Assembly (NCBI GenBank): GCA_022824665.1
Contig: JAJDZL010000014.1
Coordinates: forward strand, 1-51,676
Length of the DNA: 51,676 nucleotides
Direction: 5' to 3'
From: Gammaproteobacteria bacterium
Lineage (GTDB): Bacteria; Pseudomonadota; Gammaproteobacteria; Arenicellales; JAJDZL01
The notes under the pieces are model-generated. The model searched no databases, was not told the origin of the DNA, and was given only the letters and a program-made list of their open reading frames with translations. Positions 1-9,334 of the stretch are shown in pieces. Numbering within the stretch: position 1 is the stretch's first letter; each line of letters begins with the position of its first letter. A program made the position numbers and the translations under genes.

Positions 1-2
1 AA

Positions 3-800
3 TCAGTCGACGTTGCTGGCTTCCTGACGCATCATGTGCAGAATCTCGCGTTCGATTTCAACGTACCCCGGCATTTCGATCAGCTCTTCCTTACTCGGGA
101 TACGGCGGCCCTGTTTGAAGTCCATTTTGAATATATGCCGGATTTGGCCCGGATGACTCGACAAAAATACAATGCGATCGGCAAGAAACAGTGCTTCGGG
201 GATATCGTGCGTTACCAGCACTACGGTCATTTGCGTTTCGTCGATGATGTCCAGCAGCAGTTCCTGCATGTGCCAACGCGTTTCTGCATCCAGTGCACCA
301 AAGGGTTCATCCATCAGAGAAACTTCCGGTTGGTTTGCGAGCATGCGGGCAATTGCAACGCGCTGTTTCATGCCACCGGATAACTGCTTGGGGTAAGCGT
401 CACGAAAGCGGGTCAGTTTGACTTTGCCAATAAAGAAATCCACACGCGCGCGCCGCTCTTGCTCTGGCACCTTGTTTAAACGCATGCCATACTCGATATT
501 TTTCTCGACAGTCAGCCACGGAAACGAGGTGTAGCTTTGAAAAACCATGCCGCGGTCCCGGTTTGGCCCGACAATTTGCCGGCCATCAAGAGTGAGCGAA
601 CCCGTAGTCGGATGTTCGAGTCCGGCCATCAGGTGCAATATCGTTGACTTGCCGCAGCCTGAAGGTCCGAGCAACACGCAAACTTCACTGCTGATGACAT
701 CAAAGCTGATATCGCGAATTGCAACGACGCTATCGCCGCCCTTCACCGCAAACTGCTTGGAAACATTTTGCAGCACCAGTTTGCTTGCATGGTCCGACAT
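3..800 (-). CDS. ABC transporter ATP-binding subunit (NitT/TauT nitrate/sulfonate/taurine-type)
   Basis: 265-aa ORF with Walker A GPSGCGKST, ABC signature LSGGMKQR and Walker B VSLMDEPF. It is the last gene of a same-strand ABC cluster. Confidence 0.9.
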   Translation of the reverse strand: MSDHASKLVLQNVSKQFAVKGGDSVVAIRDISFDVISSEVCVLLGPSGCGKSTILHLMAGLEHPTTGSLTLDGRQIVGPNRDRGMVFQSYTSFPWLTVEKNIEYGMRLNKVPEQERRARVDFFIGKVKLTRFRDAYPKQLSGGMKQRVAIARMLANQPEVSLMDEPFGALDAETRWHMQELLLDIIDETQMTVVLVTHDIPEALFLADRIVFLSSHPGQIRHIFKMDFKQGRRIPSKEELIEMPGYVEIEREILHMMRQEASNVD

Positions 801-836
801 GTGAGAATCTTAAATCCAGGTGGCAGGCTTCGGTTG

Positions 837-878
837 GTGTTCAAAGAGCAGCGCGCGATGAGCTGCTCTTGAACACCA
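837..878 (-). other. Intercistronic stem-loop between the binding-protein and ATPase genes
   Basis: GGTGTTCAAAGAGCAGC (837-853) pairs with GCTGCTCTTGAACACC (863-878), giving about 16 bp with one bulged base and a 9-nt loop. No T-tract follows on the transcribed strand. Confidence 0.5.
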
Positions 879-893
879 TACCCATTTGCAAAA

Positions 894-1946
894 TTAGCCG
901 CGGTAGCCGCCGTCGTACAGCTCTTTAAGCAATGTACAGTTCACGCCTTTTTCGTACGGATTACGGGTTTCCAGAAAGCCAAACTTCAACCACCACTCAG
1001 ACATTAGGTCGTAGTGTTCGCGCATTTGACCATTTGTCTGATTGAACGGCGGGTCGCCGGGAGCCGCACCACAAAAACGAGCGGCTTCCATGAAGTCGTA
1101 AATGTAAAGACCGCCATCGAGGCTGGTACCGTCTTTACCGATGACCAGTTCGACATCCTCAATGCTCATTTTCATGCCCTTGGCAATAATTTCGTTACCT
1201 TCGGCCGGGTTTTGTTTCCACCACGCGATCGCATCGTAAAGCGCACGCAGGGTATCAAGGGCGACATCATGTCGCTCTTCGATGAACTTCGCGTTCATAT
1301 ACAGGCCATCGGCAATAACCGCCTTTGAGGTCCAGTAGTCTTCACGAGACTGCGATAGTACCTTGGAGCCGTCGAGCGCTTTGAGCACATTGCTGCCGTA
1401 GGGTTCCCAGAACTCTGATGCAACCACATCACCGCCAATCATGGCAGCAAATGCGTCGTCAGCAATAATATTGGAATATTGGACTGAGTCGAAGGCAAAG
1501 CCGTTGCGCTCCAACCACATTGCAACATAGATTTGTGCCAGTCCGCCTTCAACGACGGCAACCTTTTTTCCGGCGAGGTCCGCAGGACCTTCAATGCCGG
1601 GGGCAACGACAATCTTGTCGGTGCCATAGGACAGGTTGGCGAAAGCAACCAGCTTGAGCGGCATGTTTCGCTCTGCAGCAATTGGCGAGAACTCGACCGT
1701 GCTCGAGACCACATCCATCTGATCAGCCGTTACGAGATTGTAGCTTTCGTAGGGGTCTTCAATGGTCTGGTAGTTTATCTCCAGATTAGGTGCCAGATTT
1801 TTGTCTTTAGCGATATACCAAAAACCATAACCTGGCCAGGTAAAGCCGGAAATTTTTACTTCTTCAGCCGCTTGAGCAGTGCATACAAATGCAAACAAGA
1901 GTGCGCATGACAGTGTGATGCTCTGTATGATCTTATTGATTTTCAT
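894..1946 (-). CDS. ABC transporter periplasmic substrate-binding protein (NMT1/SsuA/TauA-like)
   Basis: 350-aa ORF with an N-terminal signal peptide (MKINKIIQSITLSCALLFAFVCTAQA). It lies between the permease and ATPase genes. The family call is by overall resemblance only. Confidence 0.75.
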   Translation of the reverse strand: MKINKIIQSITLSCALLFAFVCTAQAAEEVKISGFTWPGYGFWYIAKDKNLAPNLEINYQTIEDPYESYNLVTADQMDVVSSTVEFSPIAAERNMPLKLVAFANLSYGTDKIVVAPGIEGPADLAGKKVAVVEGGLAQIYVAMWLERNGFAFDSVQYSNIIADDAFAAMIGGDVVASEFWEPYGSNVLKALDGSKVLSQSREDYWTSKAVIADGLYMNAKFIEERHDVALDTLRALYDAIAWWKQNPAEGNEIIAKGMKMSIEDVELVIGKDGTSLDGGLYIYDFMEAARFCGAAPGDPPFNQTNGQMREHYDLMSEWWLKFGFLETRNPYEKGVNCTLLKELYDGGYRG

Positions 1947-2049
1947 TTTTTAAGATACCTCATCTAAGTTTATAGTGTTTTGTCAGCAACCTGCCTGAGG
2001 CCGCGGACTTTAATTGAATTGAGTTAATTTTATTCATGGTACTTTGGTG

Positions 2050-2841
2050 TTAGTACAGGTAAGGAAACAGCAATCGACGCAGGCGCCTTAGCAGGATATC
2101 AAAAATCAGTCCCAGCAGACCGATGGTAATAATGCCCGCCATGATTTCATCGATGTGAACGAATCGCTTGGCGCGCATCATCATTGCACCAATTCCGGAC
2201 TCGGCCGCGATGATTTCTGCGATGACCAGATAAGTCCAGCTCACTGCGAGCATTTGCCGCATTGCAGTCATGATATTCGGCAGCATTGCAGGGACTACGA
2301 TGGTCCACAGAATTTGTCTGCGATTGCCGCCCAGAGTTAATGCCGAGTTGATGAAATCAGCGCTCAGCGATTTAGCGTAATCCATAATCAGTGTGATCAG
2401 GAACCATACAACCCCAAGGAACAGCAACGCCAATTTCTGCGACTCGCCAGCGCCAAGCCACATCAGCAGCAAGGGAATAAACGAAGGTGCGGGGAGGTAT
2501 CGAAACGCAGAGACCAGCGGATTGAAAAACGCCTCGACGCGGCTGAATGTGCCCATCAGAATGCCGAGCGGCACCGCCAGCGTACACGCCAGCAGGAAAC
2601 TCGTGACGATACGGAAAAGGCTCATTGCGATGTCGTAAAGGTAATTCTTTTCGCCGAACAGTACGGCAAAACTGCCAATCACCTTGACTGGACCGGGCAG
2701 TAGCACTGCATTGGTCAATTCCATGAAAACGGCCAGCTCCCAAATTCCGAAAAAAATGAGCCATGCCGAAAACGCCAGCACTAGCGAACTGGCCAGAGAA
2801 ACCGGCCGGTTAAACTCAAACAGGCGCGCTTTATATTCCAT
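2050..2841 (-). CDS. ABC transporter permease (TauC/SsuC-type)
   Basis: 263-aa ORF that is hydrophobic throughout with multiple predicted TM helices. Its position in the ABC cluster supports the call. Confidence 0.85.
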   Translation of the reverse strand: MEYKARLFEFNRPVSLASSLVLAFSAWLIFFGIWELAVFMELTNAVLLPGPVKVIGSFAVLFGEKNYLYDIAMSLFRIVTSFLLACTLAVPLGILMGTFSRVEAFFNPLVSAFRYLPAPSFIPLLLMWLGAGESQKLALLFLGVVWFLITLIMDYAKSLSADFINSALTLGGNRRQILWTIVVPAMLPNIMTAMRQMLAVSWTYLVIAEIIAAESGIGAMMMRAKRFVHIDEIMAGIITIGLLGLIFDILLRRLRRLLFPYLY

Positions 2842-2933
2842 GGATTAACCTATCGACTGTGCTGCAGCTAGCTGATCATCACACATCGCCTTGCAGTCTC
2901 CTGGCACTTAAGAGTTCCGTCATTCAGTTCTCT

Positions 2934-2973
2934 GAGCTACCGCCTCATCAATTAAACTCGAGGCGGTTAGCTC
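2934..2973 (-). other. Intercistronic stem-loop between the GS-like ligase and the permease gene
   Basis: GAGCTACCGCCTC (2934-2946) pairs with GAGGCGGTTAGCTC (2960-2973), giving 13 bp with one bulge and a 13-nt loop. No T-tract follows. Confidence 0.5.
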
Positions 2974-3023
2974 AACTTGTTCCTTGTGACGGATATTCAT
3001 TTTCCTCGCTTGCCGTTCGACCA

Positions 3024-4439
3024 TCAGAAAAGTCGCAGGTACTCCTGGACTTCCCAGTCGGTAACGGTCTGGTGGTATCGTTCCCATTCGTCGACTTTGT
3101 AGGCGATATAGGACTTGCGCATGCCTTCGCCCATCACTTCACCTGCAAGATCGTCTGCAGCCAGCGCCTCAATGGCGGCGCTTAAGTTGCGCGGCAGGCG
3201 GCGAATGCCGGCTTCGTGCAATTCCGCGTCAGTCATCTGGTACAGATCGCGGTCGGTCGGGGCGCCGGGGTCAATCTTGTTTGCGATGCCCTTGACGGCA
3301 GCCTTGAGCGTCATTGCAAGCCCGAGATAAACATTCATGCACATGTCCGCGGCGCGATTTTCGATACAGAAACGACTTTGCGGCAGGCGAAACTGGGCAG
3401 AACGATTGTTGTGACCGTAGGTGATATTGGTGGGTGCCCAGGTGACAGTGCCACCCTCGAAGCCACCAACCTTCGGTACTAACCCGTTATAGGAATTGAC
3501 TGTCGAGCAGGTAATTGCAGTCAGTGCATCGGCGTGCGCCATTAATCCGCCCACCGCGTGATGCACGGTATCCGTCCAGCCGCTTTTATCCGAACCAAAC
3601 AGATTCTCGTCTGGCCGGTCAACTGCCTGCAATGAAAAATTGATGTGTGCGCCTGAGCGCCAGTCGCCGGTCGTCGGTTTAGGCATGAAAGTAATGAACA
3701 TATTGTGTTTTTTTGCAACTTCCTTAAGCAGGATTCGCAAAAAGACCAGCCGGTCGGCCATTTCAACAAGATTTGTATAGTGAAAATCGAGTTCAAACTG
3801 CGAATAGGCGCCTTCCGCCACGACATCGTGCAGATTCCAGCCGAGATCTTCAAGAATGTCAATCATGTCTTTGAAAAAATGCATGGAATCAAGAGAGTAC
3901 TCGACATCGTATCCAAATGCCTGTCGACGTGGACGCAGACCGTACAATGGATCGTCATCAATTGCCTTGACCGGATTGCCATCTTCATCGTAGCGCATGG
4001 CAATGAACTCCGGCTCAATACCGGCATAACCGACGTATCCGGCTTGCTCAGCATCCCGGCACGCCCGTTTCAGCGCCTGCCTGGGACAGTGATCGTAAGG
4101 CTTGCCTTCCCAGAAAAGATCGGCAAAGATGATCGCCATGCTGGTGTCCCAGGGACACACGTATACCGCATCAAGGTCCGGCACCATGATCTGATCAGAG
4201 TCGGCGGGCGTCAATTCCGGTACGAACGAGATTGAGTGCACTGCGAACTGCGGCCCCCTGCCTTTGCACAAGAGCTCAAAGTCGCTCATCGGTACGGGCT
4301 TGGTTTTTGGAATTCCAAACAGATCGATCCAACTTGACAGCACGTACTTGACACCGGCGGCTTCGAGTTGCTTGCGTACCTCAGCGATACGCTCGTCACT
4401 TGGCAGCGCGTCGTCGAAACTTTCTATGTACTTGTTCAT
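3024..4439 (-). CDS. Glutamine synthetase-family ligase (type III GS / gamma-glutamyl-amine synthetase-like)
   Basis: 471-aa ORF. Its length and sequence resemble the GlnA-family catalytic domain. The substrate cannot be assigned from sequence. Confidence 0.75.
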   Translation of the reverse strand: MNKYIESFDDALPSDERIAEVRKQLEAAGVKYVLSSWIDLFGIPKTKPVPMSDFELLCKGRGPQFAVHSISFVPELTPADSDQIMVPDLDAVYVCPWDTSMAIIFADLFWEGKPYDHCPRQALKRACRDAEQAGYVGYAGIEPEFIAMRYDEDGNPVKAIDDDPLYGLRPRRQAFGYDVEYSLDSMHFFKDMIDILEDLGWNLHDVVAEGAYSQFELDFHYTNLVEMADRLVFLRILLKEVAKKHNMFITFMPKPTTGDWRSGAHINFSLQAVDRPDENLFGSDKSGWTDTVHHAVGGLMAHADALTAITCSTVNSYNGLVPKVGGFEGGTVTWAPTNITYGHNNRSAQFRLPQSRFCIENRAADMCMNVYLGLAMTLKAAVKGIANKIDPGAPTDRDLYQMTDAELHEAGIRRLPRNLSAAIEALAADDLAGEVMGEGMRKSYIAYKVDEWERYHQTVTDWEVQEYLRLF

Positions 4440-4488
4440 AAATTATTCTCCAGACAATTGTTGAGTTTTGATAATGTTGAATACAGTT

Positions 4489-4992
4489 TCATTCGAACTT
4501 GAGTAAGAATTGATTCTTGAAATTTCTAAGCCCAGACATGGTTTCGCTTGAGGCGATGTCTAGCTGGCCGTGAATCTCTCTTTCCAGGAAATCGTGCAAT
4601 TCACTGGCGCTGTTGGTCACGATTTCAATCAGCAAATCATAGCGCCCGGTTACCCACAGGATGTAAACCACATTGCGCGACTCGCCCAGACGTTTTGATA
4701 CCTGTCTCACAGTGCGCCCGGGAGCGACTTTGATTCCGATCATTGCGTCGGCTTCATAGCGAACCTCAGTCGGGTCGACCACCGCGACAATGCGAAGTGC
4801 GCCTGCCTCTTTCATCAATCGCACTCTGTTGCGCACTGTGCCCTCAGAAATATCCAGCTCTCTGGCAATATCCTTGAATGGTCGTCGGCCATCGTGCTGC
4901 AACATCCTCACAATTTTTTGATTCAGGCCGTCATCGAGTGAATTAAGGTTGCTCGACTTCATACTGGCGCTGGTTTTTGACTTCAAGATCAT
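4489..4992 (-). CDS. Lrp/AsnC family transcriptional regulator
   Basis: 167-aa ORF with an N-terminal HTH (FKDIARELDISEGTVRNRVRLM) followed by an AsnC-type ligand-binding region. It sits directly upstream of the GS-like gene. Confidence 0.85.
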   Translation of the reverse strand: MILKSKTSASMKSSNLNSLDDGLNQKIVRMLQHDGRRPFKDIARELDISEGTVRNRVRLMKEAGALRIVAVVDPTEVRYEADAMIGIKVAPGRTVRQVSKRLGESRNVVYILWVTGRYDLLIEIVTNSASELHDFLEREIHGQLDIASSETMSGLRNFKNQFLLKFE

Positions 4993-5464
4993 GAATACGC
5001 ATAGATTAGATGGATTGTTTAATTATTAACAAAAAAAAGAAAAAAATCAATTGAAATTACATAATGGGCAAATCGATAAGGGTATATTTACGAAAAACGC
5101 AATTAAATGAATCCTGACTGTTGCCTGATAGTGACAATTGACCCGTCTGCTTCGGTATATCGTCGAAATGTATTCGGGATCCGGCCATTTGCTACGATCG
5201 CCAGTCCTGTACTTGTTTCATTGGGGTATAAATTCGCGGGAATATCACCGCCGAATTAGATTTGTAAAATTTTGGCAGGTCCCTTACGTCTTGATTGCAG
5301 CCTTTGCCTTATAGGTTTAACGAGACGTGCCTGAGACTAACATTTCGGAGGTTGGTGTGGCGATAACGCGAACGCAAGTGACTAAGAGTCCGATTTGTCA
5401 CCGAAGTTTGCTGTATTTTTATGGGTGTGGTTAGAATCAGTGCAATCTACGCAGTCAACAAAGC

Positions 5465-6589
5465 TTGCAGTCCATGGACCGATTAATTCAATACATTCGT
5501 ATTTTGCTCATCCTGACATGTTCGATATCTGTTTGGGGGTTGGACGCGATGGCTGAGCAGACCGTACTTGGCAAGAGAGTTCCTGCTGAATGGGAGCCTC
5601 AGGAAGCGATGTGGCTGCAGTGGCCCGGTCCATACGAAAAATCTTTTGAAGTCGCATTCGTCGCAATGACGGGTGTAATCGTGCAGTATCAAACCTTGCA
5701 TGTGCTTTGTAATTCGGTTCAAATTCTCAAGCAGGCTCAAGCCGCGCTCGAAAATGCGGGCATTAATCGGAACCACGAAAATCTGGTGTGGCACATGATC
5801 CGAAATGACAATGCGTGGATGCGGGACAACGGACCTGTGTATGTCATTGTCGGGGATGAAATGAGGATTCAGAATTGGCAATTTGATGCATGGGGCGGTG
5901 CTTTTGGCCGAGATGTTCCGTTCGCGAAGGATAACCTCGTTCCGATAGAAGTAGCCAGGTATCTGGATATGCCGGTTGAACAGGTAGACATCGTTCATGA
6001 GCGCGGCAACCTGGAATTCAATGGCTCGGATACTTTGATTCTGAACTGGAGCGTACTTGGCGACCCGGCGAGAAATCCGGGTTATACAAAACAAAGCGCT
6101 GAATCTGACTTGCAACATCACTTTGGCGTATCTCGAATCATTTTTATCGAAGGCATTCCTGAGAATGACTTAACCAAAGGCCATGTTGACGGGATCGCGC
6201 GGTTTATCAACCAAAATACCGTGGTGGTGCCGAAGTGTACCAGCAATTCACGCTGCAAACCAGGCGATGGGCGTGATGACACCGTCTATGAGCGCGCGGC
6301 AGCCAGAATATCGGAAGCTGGACTGACTGTTATCCGGGATCCCATCGAGGCGGCGGTGAAATTTGGCGGCAAAACGTTTGATACCAACTACACGAACTGG
6401 GTTGTTGGCAACGGCTTCGTCATTTTGGTTGGTTTCGATAATCCGGCGACAGATTCAGCTGCTAAATCACGGGTGGAATCATATTTTCCGGGACGCGATG
6501 TACACGTCATTCAGATGCTGGATTCGTGGGCATCGGGTGGTGGTGCACATTGTCATCTCAACGACCAGCCCGCCTTGGTCGAGGATTGA
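5465..6589 (+). CDS. Agmatine deiminase-family (Porphyromonas-type PAD) enzyme with predicted signal peptide
   Basis: 374-aa ORF with AWMRDNGP and a C-terminal GGGAHCHLNDQP containing the catalytic Cys. The N-terminus is hydrophobic and ends in an A-M-A cleavage-like site. The ORF track start is TTG at 5465; an ATG at 5474 is an alternative. Confidence 0.8.
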   Translation: MQSMDRLIQYIRILLILTCSISVWGLDAMAEQTVLGKRVPAEWEPQEAMWLQWPGPYEKSFEVAFVAMTGVIVQYQTLHVLCNSVQILKQAQAALENAGINRNHENLVWHMIRNDNAWMRDNGPVYVIVGDEMRIQNWQFDAWGGAFGRDVPFAKDNLVPIEVARYLDMPVEQVDIVHERGNLEFNGSDTLILNWSVLGDPARNPGYTKQSAESDLQHHFGVSRIIFIEGIPENDLTKGHVDGIARFINQNTVVVPKCTSNSRCKPGDGRDDTVYERAAARISEAGLTVIRDPIEAAVKFGGKTFDTNYTNWVVGNGFVILVGFDNPATDSAAKSRVESYFPGRDVHVIQMLDSWASGGGAHCHLNDQPALVED

Positions 6590-6832
6590 AATGCGCGAAA
6601 AGTCCGTCGTCGAATTAAGGTGCGGTGAGACCTCCTTGCCTGTTCGGCTCAAATGACCGCGTCGGGGTAGGACGGCGTCTACAAAATGGTCTGGTAGCTA
6701 ACATTCCCGGCTCAATAGAAGTACATCTTGCGCCTGGAGACTCGGTTCTACGCTGGCGTTTGGGTCAGCAATATTTTGGTCGGAGCGTAATTTACAGCAA
6801 GCGAATTTAGTGATGAATCTGACTGTTCAAAT

Positions 6833-9214
6833 TCAGTTTGTTGCTCGTTTCATTGCGTTTTTGATTTTGGATTCATATTCGACTTTATTCTGAAAATTCG
6901 GCGTGATTGGTACGGTTTGAAGTTGTAACCCAAAAATTTTGATGTCGTCTGCATATTCGTTCAATCGTCGTTTATAGCTGGCTTGATTCTTTGTCAGAAC
7001 CAATTTGTGCGGGCTTCCGGTTCTTTCCGTTCTGCAGTCAATGTCCAATTTGTCAGTTTCAATGGTATCGCGCACGTGGCCGCGCAAATCTCGCCGTATG
7101 GCAAAAACGGTTGTTTTTTTGTTTCGATTATCACAGAAAGCACTCAATTCGCAGCATAACTCACAATCACAGGAGACGCGACTTGGCCGCCGCCAGTCTT
7201 TTGGTCCTTCGGGAAAGGAATCACTGCGCTGCAAAAGTAATTTTGTTGAAGACTTCCAAAGTGCAGCGTATGCGATCGAACAAAAAATTTCGGGCACAGC
7301 CTGCAGCTTAACGAGTGCTCGCGGTATGACTCTATATGCCAAGTCGCCTGATGTGTGTTTCGTTAATATCTCAGCCGCGGACAAAGCAATATCCGCAGCA
7401 TCCGCACGCAGTAAGAACATAAACAGGCATTTAACCGTCTTTGGCTGAATTTCACATTCTTCATGCTTATCTTTCGGCCAGTACGATTTCGGCCGATCCT
7501 GCATCTGTGCCAGGCAAGCTGGAAGCTTTGCCAAAATTACTTCAGCACATTGAAACAAGAACCGGTGATTCTCCTTGTCCGATTTTTTAAATCTTGATTC
7601 GATCCTCAAAAGCAAATCAAGCACACGTTGTGGATGACGGACAAATTTCTCCTCCAGCAGTGAAATAAGCGTTTCATGCATATCCGTCGAATTAAGCAAC
7701 CGTACCACCTTGATAAATTGAGAGTTGTCGCTCCCCTGGTACTCGGGGATGGCAACCTGGTGGAGAAACGACTTCGCAAGTTGTCGGTCCTTGATCATGC
7801 CTAGTGCGCGCAGCATACCCTGTCTGGCAGAGTTGTTAATTGAATAACGAGGCGTTTGCCAGTTGTCAATCAGTGATTTAGCCAGACCAACGATGCTGTC
7901 TGACGATTTCCCATTATTTTGTCTGATCTCCTCATTAATCCAGGCGACTGCGGGATCACAGCCTCTTTCAGTAAGCATGCTGATCATTTGCTCCCGTTTA
8001 AACAAAACCAACGCGCTCAAGTTGTAAAGCAAGTCAACTGTCGCGCCTGCATTACCGGTGTAACCCTCGAAATTTTCTTCATTGGGTTCAAGGTCGTCTA
8101 AGGCGCCTTGTGGCATGACCTCACCGTCTGAAATCGAGAAGCTGCCAAAGTTTGGTTTGCTGCCACTGACAGATACCCAGTTGTTCAGGTCTATGTCTCC
8201 TTCAATAAACTCATCAATTTCGAAATCTGAGCCACTACTCCCGTAGCTGTCATAGTGGTAGCCATCGTTGTCATAGGCGTAATATTGTTCCTGAATTTCC
8301 AGATTGGCGGCATAGATTTCGCATTCGGGCACTTGTGCGACGGCTTCGGAAAGCGCGCTTGCGACGGCAAGGTCGCCATTTTTCATGGTGTTGAACGAAA
8401 GGCCTGATTCGCTGTATTGGTGTTCAAGAATCCAGATAAGTTTGTCGGTGGCTTGATCGTTGTTGCACCACTTCGCAAGTTCATCTGCGAGTGCGTCGAC
8501 TGATTGAGTGTAGTCGGGTGATTGTCGTGCAGTGACCGAATCGTCTGCTGTTATACAGAGGTTATAGACAATAGACACTCGATTTCCCGAGCTTACTTTT
8601 TTGATTTCGTGTTCACAGTCTGAATAGAATGCAGCATACATGAGCTGTGACGGTTCTGCAGTACTCAGGTCAATCGTTTTTTCTTTGCTTTTCTGGCGAA
8701 CAACCAGTTCGCCACCCGTTCCGACGACCGGCAATGACACCGTCAAAGTGGCAATCATACCGTCCGATTTCTCCGTGTCGCGATGCGGCAGAAAAAAGCC
8801 TCCCGGTTCGTAGATGAGAATCTTGTACAACTCTGCACTCAGGCGGTCTGCTTCGCATCCCAAACCAGCTGCAGCCGCCGAAACCAGCTCACTTAAAGTT
8901 TTATTCCAACCCTTTCCACCGACGGAAATCTGGTGAGGATTGATTTCCAGGCAATTGCGGACCGAAATATCGACAATCGTGTCAGCTCCTTTACCGTAAG
9001 GTGCCTGGTCTGCTACAGCAATCAATTGGTCTATCTGAAATTCCGGGATGGGGAAGGATAAAATGCCGACTCCGTCAACTCTCAGCGTTGGCATTGGACA
9101 GGTTATGGCGCCATTCGTACAAAACTCTCCAGGCCGGTCGATGGAACTGACCAGTTTTTCCAGATTAGGGCTGTGTTTTTGGTAATTGAAAGTTAATTCC
9201 ATAGATTTTTTCAC
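6833..9214 (-). CDS. Large multidomain protein with an N-terminal 2OG-Fe(II) oxygenase domain
   Basis: 793-aa ORF with an HxD...H...RxS facial triad (PHRDTE with H144/D146, CEHEI with H202, NRVSI with R212). This is followed by an acidic Tyr/Asp-rich linker, a long helical region and a Cys cluster CDCELCCELSAFC about 110 aa from the C-terminus. Confidence 0.75.
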   Translation of the reverse strand: MKKSMELTFNYQKHSPNLEKLVSSIDRPGEFCTNGAITCPMPTLRVDGVGILSFPIPEFQIDQLIAVADQAPYGKGADTIVDISVRNCLEINPHQISVGGKGWNKTLSELVSAAAAGLGCEADRLSAELYKILIYEPGGFFLPHRDTEKSDGMIATLTVSLPVVGTGGELVVRQKSKEKTIDLSTAEPSQLMYAAFYSDCEHEIKKVSSGNRVSIVYNLCITADDSVTARQSPDYTQSVDALADELAKWCNNDQATDKLIWILEHQYSESGLSFNTMKNGDLAVASALSEAVAQVPECEIYAANLEIQEQYYAYDNDGYHYDSYGSSGSDFEIDEFIEGDIDLNNWVSVSGSKPNFGSFSISDGEVMPQGALDDLEPNEENFEGYTGNAGATVDLLYNLSALVLFKREQMISMLTERGCDPAVAWINEEIRQNNGKSSDSIVGLAKSLIDNWQTPRYSINNSARQGMLRALGMIKDRQLAKSFLHQVAIPEYQGSDNSQFIKVVRLLNSTDMHETLISLLEEKFVRHPQRVLDLLLRIESRFKKSDKENHRFLFQCAEVILAKLPACLAQMQDRPKSYWPKDKHEECEIQPKTVKCLFMFLLRADAADIALSAAEILTKHTSGDLAYRVIPRALVKLQAVPEIFCSIAYAALWKSSTKLLLQRSDSFPEGPKDWRRPSRVSCDCELCCELSAFCDNRNKKTTVFAIRRDLRGHVRDTIETDKLDIDCRTERTGSPHKLVLTKNQASYKRRLNEYADDIKIFGLQLQTVPITPNFQNKVEYESKIKNAMKRATN

Positions 9215-9334
9215 TCCGGACGGTCTGTTCGCGCCATAATGTGCAAAACCAAATTGCAGATAAAAGATACCTGCCGTAAACGGTCGTTGCGGTAAATTTA
9301 TTGCGTGTCTAATTTAACATTTTTATTGTGCAAA

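Noticed and set aside
5273-5287. TGGCAGGTCCCTTAC, a sigma54-like -24/-12 element upstream of the agmatine deiminase-like gene.
   Set aside because: The conserved G of the -12 GC is replaced by A, and position -22 also deviates. The element lies about 180 nt from the start with no visible activator dyad. It is too weak to call without a matrix score.
9215-9334. A possible glycine riboswitch upstream of malate synthase, as known in SAR11.
   Set aside because: The spacer is only about 120 nt, and I could not find the conserved glycine-aptamer core sequences in it.
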